In this document: one piece after another, positions 21,395-29,371 of the stretch
How the letters are laid out: each line of letters starts with the position of its first letter
How positions within the stretch are numbered: position 1 is the first letter of the stretch
DNA from: an uncultured Gammaproteobacteria bacterium
GTDB taxonomy: Bacteria; Patescibacteriota; Patescibacteriia; JAHIZJ01
DNA length: 64,000 nt
Direction: 5' to 3'
Assembly (NCBI GenBank): GCA_964594455.1
Contig: CAZQLY010000007.1
Location: forward strand, 13,586-77,585
Made by a program: the position numbers and the translations under genes
The notes under the pieces: generated by a model
Told to the model about the DNA's origin: nothing
What the model saw: the letters and a program-made list of their open reading frames with translations, nothing else
Databases searched by the model: none

Positions 21395-21900
21395 CTGTGG
21401 AAACAGAACTGGCCAGAAAAGCTATCAGTACATTTCTCAAAGAAAACAAATTCATCAAACCGCCCGATACTACACCCGAGGAGTTAATCCAGCGACAGGC
21501 TGGTGTTTTTGTTAGTCTGCATCAGAATAGCGATCTGAGAGGATGTATTGGTACCATTAATCCGGTGCAAAACAATATCGCTGAAGAAATAATACACAAT
21601 GCAATCAGCGCCGCTACCAAAGACCCGCGCTTCCAACCATTAAACCCAGAGGAGTTGTCAAAAACAGATATTTCAGTCGATATCCTGACAGAGCCCCTAC
21701 CAGCCAACATAAAAGAGCTAGACCCCGATAAATATGGCGTAATAGTAAAAAAAGACAACCAGACGGGCTTATTGCTGCCTAATCTTCCTGGAATAACAAA
21801 TGTCTATGAACAAATTCAAATTGCTTGTCAAAAGGCTGGCCTTGACCCTAATGACTCATTTAGCATATTTAAATTTGAAGTGAAAAGAATCAGTGAATAA
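21391..21900 (+). CDS. amrA: AMMECR1-domain protein (AmmeMemoRadiSam-system protein A)
   Basis: Signature LRGCIGT of AMMECR1 family, 169 aa. Confidence 0.8.
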   Translation: MTVETELARKAISTFLKENKFIKPPDTTPEELIQRQAGVFVSLHQNSDLRGCIGTINPVQNNIAEEIIHNAISAATKDPRFQPLNPEELSKTDISVDILTEPLPANIKELDPDKYGVIVKKDNQTGLLLPNLPGITNVYEQIQIACQKAGLDPNDSFSIFKFEVKRISE

Positions 21901-23782
21901 TAAAGTTTTTAAAGTAATACCGGGCTTAAGACTCCCTCGCAAATTAGGGGTTTTTGATTATTTGGCAGATGATGAAATAGTCAAAGATATAAAAATTGGC
22001 AGCCTGGTTGAAATCCCATTTCGCAATAGAAAGACATTTGGCGTTGTTGCTGAAATCAAAGACAAAAGTGACACTGGAAAAACCTTAAAAAAAATTATCA
22101 AGCTAATACCCCAGTTATCATTAACTGTTAATCAGTTGAAGCTCATAGATGAGTTTTCAAAAAACTTTTTTGTGGCGCCGGCTACTACCTTAAACCAGAT
22201 TTTAAATACCCTGCCCAACAACTTAGATTTCATTTCTAACATATCTAAAGGCAGGTCACAAAAAACAAGTAGCAAAAAGGGGTCAGACAAAGGTTCTCTG
22301 TTTGTTTATGATTCACCTGAAAGCAAATATAATTTCTTATTTGAACAGGTGAAGAAAGAAATTAAATCCCGCCATACCGTATTAATTGTTTCTCCTGAAA
22401 TTTCACAAGTCAGGAAATTATCCAACGAACTATCCGCCTTTTCGCCAGCTACCTTTCACCGACAACTTCCGAGATTTGAATTTTGGAGCAATTATGAAGC
22501 CCTGCTCAATAACAAATATAATTTGGTAATAGGTACCCGAACTTCGCTCTTCCTGCCCTTTCCTCAACTAGACCTGGTAATTATTGATGATGAAGATAAC
22601 CCTAGTCATAGACAGTCAGACCAAAACCCTCGCTTTCATTCTGAACAAGTGGCCGCGATATTAAAAAATATATTTAACTGCAGAATTATTTATACTAGCC
22701 AGGCTCCTAGAAGCACTACCTATTTCAAGGTAAAGAACGATGAGCTTTTACTGGTTAATAATTCAAAAGTACTTCCTGCACCCAGACTGAATACTATTAA
22801 TCTCACCAACGAGAGAAAACTGGGCAACTACTCTTTGTTAAGTGATCAGGTACAAGCAGAAATACACCAGCATCTTAAGGAAAATAAGAAAATATTTTTG
22901 TTTCATAACCGACGCGGTGAGGCTAGCGGACTTTTTTGCCAAGACTGTGGCCAAGCCATCTCCTGCCCACGCTGCCAGTATAAACTTACCGTTTACAAAG
23001 CAAGTAAAAAATCAAATGTACTTATCTGTCATATTTGCAATTATCAAACAAATGTCGCCTTAACCTGCCCTAAATGCCATAGCTCGAAATTAAAGAAAAC
23101 TGGTTCTGGCGGACAAAAATTGTCTCAGGAAGTAAAAAATTTCTTTCCAAAATCTAACGTTGCCCTTATTACCTCCTTCAAACAATGGCTGGATAAAAAA
23201 ATCAAACCCGATATTGTTATTGGCACACAGAAAATGATTAATCCTGACTTTATTGATAACTTTGACTTTATCTGCATAATTAACGCTGATTCGGCTCTTC
23301 AAATTCCTGACTTTTCTTCACCAGAAACAACTTTTAGGATTCTGTACAAACTAATCCTTATGGGCAGCATGAAAAAGAAGCAAATCATTGTCCAGTCATA
23401 TAAGCCCGATCATTATGCTATTAAACTAGCCTCAGAGCTGGATTTTGAAAAATTCTGTGAAGAAGATCTAAAGAACCGTCAGCCGTTTTCCTATCCCCCA
23501 TTTTCTGAATTGGTTCGTTTACTTCTTAAAGATAAAAATAAAGATAAGGCTGCAAAAAAAGCCGAGGAGTTATTTGAAAAAATTAATTCCAATAAAAATA
23601 TACCAGATAACGTAGAAATTATTTACCCTAGTCCTTCCTACATAGAAAAAATCAGGGGGCAATACCGTTGGCAGTTAATTATCAAATTTCATAAGAAAGA
23701 TTTGCCCTTTGTGCGTAATTTGATAAAATTAAGTGACGATAATTGGTTAATTGATCTAAACCCGCTAAACCTACTTTCATAA
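21893..23782 (+). CDS. priA: primosomal protein N' (PriA)-like with non-canonical Walker A/B
   Basis: Cys-rich Zn-binding region CQDCGQ..CPRCQ..CHICN..CPKCH. PriA-like helicase core and C-terminal domain. Walker A position reads VYDSPESKYNFLF (no GxxxxGKT) and Walker B reads IIDDEDNPSH instead of DEEH. Upstream of def-fmt. Confidence 0.7.
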   Translation: MNNKVFKVIPGLRLPRKLGVFDYLADDEIVKDIKIGSLVEIPFRNRKTFGVVAEIKDKSDTGKTLKKIIKLIPQLSLTVNQLKLIDEFSKNFFVAPATTLNQILNTLPNNLDFISNISKGRSQKTSSKKGSDKGSLFVYDSPESKYNFLFEQVKKEIKSRHTVLIVSPEISQVRKLSNELSAFSPATFHRQLPRFEFWSNYEALLNNKYNLVIGTRTSLFLPFPQLDLVIIDDEDNPSHRQSDQNPRFHSEQVAAILKNIFNCRIIYTSQAPRSTTYFKVKNDELLLVNNSKVLPAPRLNTINLTNERKLGNYSLLSDQVQAEIHQHLKENKKIFLFHNRRGEASGLFCQDCGQAISCPRCQYKLTVYKASKKSNVLICHICNYQTNVALTCPKCHSSKLKKTGSGGQKLSQEVKNFFPKSNVALITSFKQWLDKKIKPDIVIGTQKMINPDFIDNFDFICIINADSALQIPDFSSPETTFRILYKLILMGSMKKKQIIVQSYKPDHYAIKLASELDFEKFCEEDLKNRQPFSYPPFSELVRLLLKDKNKDKAAKKAEELFEKINSNKNIPDNVEIIYPSPSYIEKIRGQYRWQLIIKFHKKDLPFVRNLIKLSDDNWLIDLNPLNLLS

Positions 23783-23783
23783 T

Positions 23784-24260
23784 ATGAAATTAAAAGTAAT
23801 AACTGAGGGTGATCCCCGTCTCAGAAAAAAATCAGACCCCGTCACATTAGAGATTATTCCAACTCTCAAGTCCTTTATTCAAAACCTGACTCAAACAATG
23901 TATGAAGATGATGGTATAGGTATTGCCGCCCCTCAGGTAGCCAAAAATATACGAATTATTGTGATCGGAACAAAAAACGGTCCGTTAGTGATGATCAATC
24001 CTAAAATCACAAAAAAATCGTTTAGGAAAGAATGGGGTGAAGAAGGTTGCTTGAGTGTGCCGGGTGTATTTGGTGACGTCAAACGATCGAAATCCATTTC
24101 CGCTACCTATCTGGATAAGAGAGGTAAACTGCAAAAAATACATGCCCAGGGGTTATTCGCCAGAGTAATTCAGCACGAAGTTGACCATATTGATGGGATA
24201 CTTTTTATAGACAAAGCCAAGAACATCAAAAATATAGATAATCATAAGAATCAGTTATAG
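23784..24260 (+). CDS. def: peptide deformylase
   Basis: Motifs GIGIAAPQV, EGCLSVPG, HEVDHIDG. Confidence 0.9.
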   Translation: MKLKVITEGDPRLRKKSDPVTLEIIPTLKSFIQNLTQTMYEDDGIGIAAPQVAKNIRIIVIGTKNGPLVMINPKITKKSFRKEWGEEGCLSVPGVFGDVKRSKSISATYLDKRGKLQKIHAQGLFARVIQHEVDHIDGILFIDKAKNIKNIDNHKNQL

Positions 24261-25217
24261 ATGAATAATAAGCCAAAAGTAGTTTTTTTCGGTACACCAT
24301 CACTGACAGTGCCTTTTTTAGATGCTTTGATTAATAGCGATTACTCTATTTCCGCTGTGATCACTCAACCAGACAGACCGGCCGGTAGAAAAAATATACT
24401 GACCTCACCACCCGTTAAAAAACTAGCCGAACAACAAGGCATAAAAATAATCCAGGTTGAAACTCTTAGAGAAGAGTTAATCCAAGAAGATAAGTCAATC
24501 TTTGATGAGTTCGGGTCTCTTAAAGCTGATGTATATGTGGTTGTGGCTTTTGGGTTAATTATTCCGGAAAGAGTTTTCTCTATACCAAAATTTGGTGCCA
24601 TTAACGTTCATCCTTCTTTATTGCCTAAGTACCGCGGTGCCAGCCCTATTCAATCTGCTATACTCAATAATGATAGAACCACCGGTATCACAATAATGAA
24701 ACTTGATTCGGGAATGGATACCGGACCGATCATCGACCAAATGGAAATAAAACTGACCCAAGATGAAACCACTCCCACTTTAACTGAAAAGATAACAAAA
24801 ATCGGTCCAGCATTTCTAATCAAAACACTGAACGACTATTTGAACGGAAAACTTGTTCCTGAACCCCAAGATAATTCAAAATCAAGCACGACCAAACAGC
24901 TCACCAAAAAAGACGGCCAAATAGACTGGTCCCAGCCGGCGCACAAGATTGAAAGTCAAATAAGAGCTTATCAATTCTGGCCTGGTTCTTATACATTTTT
25001 TAATAATACCAAGATAGAGATATTATCCGCCAGAGTTTCTAAGGCTGACGAGGTACCGGCTTCAGGCACCGTATTAAGCCAATCAAATAACACGTTTGTT
25101 GCAACTGGTCAAGATTTGTTGGAGTTGATAAAGATCAAGCCTGCCTCAAAAAACGAAATGACCGCAGGTGATTTTATTCGCGGCCACAAAGATTTTGTCG
25201 GTACTGTATTGAAATAG
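24261..25217 (+). CDS. fmt: methionyl-tRNA formyltransferase
   Basis: N-terminal formyltransferase domain (VVFFGTP.., HPSLLPKYRGASPIQ), C-terminal tRNA-binding domain. def-fmt synteny. Confidence 0.9.
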   Translation: MNNKPKVVFFGTPSLTVPFLDALINSDYSISAVITQPDRPAGRKNILTSPPVKKLAEQQGIKIIQVETLREELIQEDKSIFDEFGSLKADVYVVVAFGLIIPERVFSIPKFGAINVHPSLLPKYRGASPIQSAILNNDRTTGITIMKLDSGMDTGPIIDQMEIKLTQDETTPTLTEKITKIGPAFLIKTLNDYLNGKLVPEPQDNSKSSTTKQLTKKDGQIDWSQPAHKIESQIRAYQFWPGSYTFFNNTKIEILSARVSKADEVPASGTVLSQSNNTFVATGQDLLELIKIKPASKNEMTAGDFIRGHKDFVGTVLK

Positions 25218-26705
25218 TTACTTACGTAGTTTTTTTGTTACGTGAAAACCTAAGTATCTTCCAAACATTAGTCGAGTTTGAGCCTCAGTGGCTGGCATCG
25301 ATCCAAAAATAATCATACATATCGGAAAAAGAACCCACTGCAGTATCATCACCACAAACCTGTAGACAGGCCTTTTTTGGTGTTTATATGGCAATAGATA
25401 AACGCTCAAGATGGCGCTTACCAGAAGTCCGATCATTGCCGCTGACATCAAAAATTTCAGAACCTGGGGAGCATTTTGAGCTATGATACTATTTAATATT
25501 TCCTCGTTTTGCATTCTTAACGGGAGGTATCCTAAAATAAAAATGATTACAGGAGCCGTGGCCCAGGAATACATGCCCTCAGTCAGATTCCAGAGATATC
25601 TAAACTTCTGGACAAATGGAATAGCTTTGTTTTTTGAAAAATTCCAGACCAAATATGGAAAATGTTCAACTCCCCAAGCCCAACGCCTCTGTTGTTTATA
25701 CAAATTAACGAAACCCTGCCAGATGTTTTGACCGCCCACGGCATCCATTGATATCGGAATATGCATGGACTTAACTTGATAATCACCGTCATACCTCAAC
25801 AAACATTGGAGAAATATCCTTGAGTCTTCCGTCACAATATCACTTTGCCAAAAACCAACATCTACCAACGCTTTGTAGCTCATACTGTGTGAAGAGAAAG
25901 TAAATAATCTCTCCGGCCTTAATTGCTCACTCATCAGCCAAAAGGTAGTACTGTTAGAAACCACTCTCATGATAGCCGGCACATCCCAAATATTGTTATT
26001 AAATAATGGTACCGGCTGATAGCTATAACGGGTTGGGTTTTCGGTCGTTAAATAATGGTATGTCACATAACTAAAGTATTGCTGATTGGCGCAGGTATCA
26101 ACATCAAAAGATGATACGATAATGTTTTCATAAGGAATCTGTAAATCATCAATCATCTCCTTTGTCTGTTGCCCCGCCCAAGCGGTATTCGAGCCTTTGC
26201 CCGGAACTTCTCCAGGCAGATCCTTGGGATGCAAAGATACAACAAATTTGAAGAACTTATCCGCAAATTCCTGTTTTAATATTTCAGCATTCTTGATGGC
26301 GTGTTCTTTGTCGCTCTCTTCTATACAAAAAACCACTATCATTCTTTCGTGGGGATGTTTTACATCGACCAAACTTTGAAAGCTCATCCTCAAGACCTCA
26401 ATCGGTTCCTTGTAAGTCGGCATAAATACCATATGATAGATTTTTTCGTAACCCGGTAACTCCTGGCACTTCTCCACCCAATCAATCCTGCTATCACGCC
26501 TAAATCTGAGGAAAGACAGCACTATGTAAATAATTATGTAAATTACCCGAATGAGCCAGTAGAGATCAAATAAAACTATAAAATATATAGCCCAAAGAGG
26601 CTTTAGGGCAATTAAAGCAATCATCCCGAGGAATGTTGTCCAAATTAACGCCCCCGGGACAATTTCTAATATTCTATATTTTGTATGGTCGGATAGTGCC
26701 ATCAA
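25218..26705 (-). CDS. processive family-2 glycosyltransferase (cellulose/chitin/hyaluronan-synthase-like, membrane-embedded)
   Basis: D, DxD (DVD), TED and Q(Q)RRW motifs (SFDVDT, TEDSRIFLQ, YKQQRRWAWG). N- and C-terminal TM helices. 495 aa. Confidence 0.8.
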   Translation of the reverse strand: MMALSDHTKYRILEIVPGALIWTTFLGMIALIALKPLWAIYFIVLFDLYWLIRVIYIIIYIVLSFLRFRRDSRIDWVEKCQELPGYEKIYHMVFMPTYKEPIEVLRMSFQSLVDVKHPHERMIVVFCIEESDKEHAIKNAEILKQEFADKFFKFVVSLHPKDLPGEVPGKGSNTAWAGQQTKEMIDDLQIPYENIIVSSFDVDTCANQQYFSYVTYHYLTTENPTRYSYQPVPLFNNNIWDVPAIMRVVSNSTTFWLMSEQLRPERLFTFSSHSMSYKALVDVGFWQSDIVTEDSRIFLQCLLRYDGDYQVKSMHIPISMDAVGGQNIWQGFVNLYKQQRRWAWGVEHFPYLVWNFSKNKAIPFVQKFRYLWNLTEGMYSWATAPVIIFILGYLPLRMQNEEILNSIIAQNAPQVLKFLMSAAMIGLLVSAILSVYLLPYKHQKRPVYRFVVMILQWVLFPICMIIFGSMPATEAQTRLMFGRYLGFHVTKKLRK

Positions 26706-26714
26706 TATATCTTA

Positions 26715-27941
26715 CTATTCGTAGCGTAGTGCTTCAATCGGATTTTTTCTAGCTGCTTTTGTGGCTGGCGCTATTCCAAAGATTATTCCCACACCAATTG
26801 ATATTCCGACGGCCATCAAAATAGCCTCTAGTGTGATTGCTGTAGGTATCCCGAAGTTATAATCAATGATTAAGGAAGCCCCATAGGACAAGATAAACCC
26901 AATAAGCCCGCCCAACAGACTTAGTAAACTTGCTTCTATCAAGAATTGAACCAGAATATTTCCGTCAGTGGCACCGACTGCTTTTCTAATTCCTATTTCT
27001 TTTGTCCTCTCGGTTACCGATACTAGCATGATATTCATAATACCAATGCCTCCAACAATCAAAGAAATTGCCGCTATGCCTCCAATAGCACTGGTGATGA
27101 TTGCTAAGACATCGTTAAACAGGTTCAACATATCTTCTTGGGTCAAAATACTAAAATCCTCCAGCTCGTCATGGTTTTCTAATAAAGCAGATTTAATTTC
27201 TTCAATCTTCTCATCAACTATTTCTGAATTCTCGGCTCGGGTAAATATTCTATGCAATAATTCATTACCGTTTATTTCAAATGACAAGGTGTTTGGTATT
27301 GCTATTAAATTATCAAAAGGTGTCGAGCCGCCCAAGAAACTATCTGTTTCCTCTTGTTTTTCCATTATACCAATAACTTCCAGCTCCTTCTTCACAATAT
27401 TTATTTTTTTGCCTATAACTGATTCGGCGTCCTCTCCCGGAAATAAATTTTCTTTAGCTACATAATCCAAAACAACAACACTGGCCGTATTATCCAAATC
27501 ATTCTGGTTAAACCAGCGGCCATACTCCACGTGTTTACTCATCAATTCCTCTAAGTAAAGCCCGGCTCCCACAACAAATGAACCCACTGACTGTTTATCA
27601 TCTCGCATCGCCACACCGTTGACCAGGGTGACTGCATCTGTTTCTAGTAAACCATTGATTGACTCCACGTCATCCTTGTCCTCCATAGTTAAAGTGCTCT
27701 GTCCAGCCAAAGAAGCTGGATTGATGCCTTCTTCCGTATCTATTTTCCCGGGAATTACCATAATTAAATTGCTACCGAAATTATCTATTTGCTTGCCCAC
27801 TTCCGAGCGCACTCCTTCACCAATAGATATCAAGGTTATGACAGAAAACACGCCAATAATAATACCCAGCATTGTTAAAAAAGATCTTAACTTATTGGCT
27901 TTTAAACTGTTAATAGATAATCTCAAGTGTGGAAATATCAT
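26715..27941 (-). CDS. ABC transporter permease, FtsX/MacB-like (large extracytoplasmic domain)
   Basis: N-terminal TM, about 230-aa periplasmic domain, C-terminal three-TM FtsX domain, ends ..ALRYE. 4-nt overlap with the ATPase gene. Confidence 0.8.
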   Translation of the reverse strand: MIFPHLRLSINSLKANKLRSFLTMLGIIIGVFSVITLISIGEGVRSEVGKQIDNFGSNLIMVIPGKIDTEEGINPASLAGQSTLTMEDKDDVESINGLLETDAVTLVNGVAMRDDKQSVGSFVVGAGLYLEELMSKHVEYGRWFNQNDLDNTASVVVLDYVAKENLFPGEDAESVIGKKINIVKKELEVIGIMEKQEETDSFLGGSTPFDNLIAIPNTLSFEINGNELLHRIFTRAENSEIVDEKIEEIKSALLENHDELEDFSILTQEDMLNLFNDVLAIITSAIGGIAAISLIVGGIGIMNIMLVSVTERTKEIGIRKAVGATDGNILVQFLIEASLLSLLGGLIGFILSYGASLIIDYNFGIPTAITLEAILMAVGISIGVGIIFGIAPATKAARKNPIEALRYE

Positions 27942-28612
27942 CTGTTTTCGCTTAATACTCCGTCAACCATTTTGAAATGCCTTTTGGCATATTTATCAAT
28001 CTCAGGATCATGAGTTACTAAAATTATTGTCCGGCCCTCTTTGTTCAGGTTCTTGAGCGACTCCATTATTTCAGCTCCTGAATTAGTATCCAAATTTCCT
28101 GTTGGCTCATCAGCCAAAATAATAGCCGGATCATTTACCAAGGCTCTGGCAATCGCTACTCTTTGCTTCTCCCCTCCGGATAGATTCATTGGAATATAAT
28201 TTTTTCGGTGATCTAGCTTAACCATCTTTATTAAATTGTCTACTCGATTCGATTTCTTGTTTTCTTTCTTAGAATAAATCAATGGCATTCTTACGTTTTC
28301 ATAGACTGAAAGACGAGGCAATAAATTGAATGTTTGAAAAACAAATCCGACCTCTTGTCGCCTCATCAGAGGCAATTTAGATCTGGATATTTTGGTAATA
28401 TCATTCTCTTTTAACCAATAGCTTCCGCTGTCAGCCACATCAAGCATTCCGATAATATTCATCAAAGTCGACTTGCCAGATCCAGACGGACCCATAATAG
28501 AAATAAAATCACCATCCTCAATAGCAAAATTTATATCCTTTAATGCCTGAAAAGGATTATCCGTTGATTTATTGAAAGTTTTATTTATTCTTTTTAATTC
28601 TATTAAGGCCAT
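27938..28612 (-). CDS. ABC transporter ATP-binding protein (MacB/LolD-like)
   Basis: Walker A GPSGSGKST, signature LSGGEKQRVAIARAL, Walker B ILADEPTGNLD, H-loop. Confidence 0.9.
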   Translation of the reverse strand: MALIELKRINKTFNKSTDNPFQALKDINFAIEDGDFISIMGPSGSGKSTLMNIIGMLDVADSGSYWLKENDITKISRSKLPLMRRQEVGFVFQTFNLLPRLSVYENVRMPLIYSKKENKKSNRVDNLIKMVKLDHRKNYIPMNLSGGEKQRVAIARALVNDPAIILADEPTGNLDTNSGAEIMESLKNLNKEGRTIILVTHDPEIDKYAKRHFKMVDGVLSENR

Positions 28613-28718
28613 ATTCTTCTATTTTCCATTGTAGTATATCAGCTATTTTGATTACCTTCAACCAAAAGACCGGGTCAGAATCATCCGAACCCAGCCTTGG
28701 TAAATTAACTGTTGTTGA

Positions 28719-28817
28719 TTATTCAGCTGGAGTTTCTGGGGTCTCTGGGGTCTCTGGAGTTGCTGGAGTTTCTGGGGTTGCTTCTGTGTTTTGACCCTCG
28801 TCATCGATGTAAATCAC
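28719..28817 (-). CDS. candidate 32-aa Thr/Pro/Glu-repeat mini-ORF (MIYIDDEGQNTEATPETPATPETPETPETPAE)
   Basis: GTG start 6 nt after a GGAGGTG Shine-Dalgarno sequence. Lies 28 nt downstream of the PH-like gene on the same strand. DNA is a ccagagacc-type tandem repeat. Very short and low complexity. Confidence 0.25.
   Translation of the reverse strand: MIYIDDEGQNTEATPETPATPETPETPETPAE
28731..28790. repeat. short tandem DNA repeat (ctggagtttctgggg / gtctctgggg units)
   Basis: Visible tandem repetition of ~9-15 nt units, coincident with the TPETP mini-ORF. Confidence 0.5.
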
Positions 28818-28848
28818 TACGGTCACCTCCTTTCAGGTATTTTAATAT

Positions 28849-29316
28849 TTATTTATTACTTATTATATCACGTAATTGTCCTGGATTCTCTGATGACAAC
28901 ACAAAACTATTACTTTTATTCTTAACAGTGATCTCTAGGGCTTGCCCGCCCCCGGAAGAATAAATTGTTTTTTTATCTCTTTTTTTGTTAAAGATACCGT
29001 AATTATAGTAGCTTCTCGACTTTATGTTTACAATTTCAGTTTGATATATATCGTCTATATTTATCCTTTGGCTAAATACTCCAAATCCAAAAATTAATTT
29101 ATTTCCTTCTATTTTGACTCTGTATTTCCAAAATGAAATTATGAAGAACAGGACACCTAACCATTCTAAGATTATTATTATTCTCATACCATACAGTTGC
29201 CCGCTGTTTAGATGAGTAATCCACTCGGCAATACTTAGAATAAAGGTCATTATGAAGAAAAAAATTACATAAAACCATACTGAAAAATGCTTTTCTTCAT
29301 GATACCTCATGTCCAC
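28849..29316 (-). CDS. membrane protein with two N-terminal TM helices and a PH-like (YdbT/bPH-type) domain
   Basis: Hydrophobic N-terminus (FYVIFFFIMTFILSIAEWI, IIIILEWLGVLFFIISFW), GTG start, operon position upstream of the ABC/GT2 genes. Confidence 0.5.
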   Translation of the reverse strand: MDMRYHEEKHFSVWFYVIFFFIMTFILSIAEWITHLNSGQLYGMRIIIILEWLGVLFFIISFWKYRVKIEGNKLIFGFGVFSQRINIDDIYQTEIVNIKSRSYYNYGIFNKKRDKKTIYSSGGGQALEITVKNKSNSFVLSSENPGQLRDIISNK

Positions 29317-29371
29317 AGTCTAACAAAAACAAAGGCCTTTATCAAGTTTTGTCAAGTACTTAAGTATAATA

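Noticed and set aside
28712-28963. Plus-strand 83-aa ORF across the repeat tract
   Set aside because: Overlaps the well-supported minus-strand PH-like gene. Leu/Phe-rich reading of the repeat DNA, no start signals.
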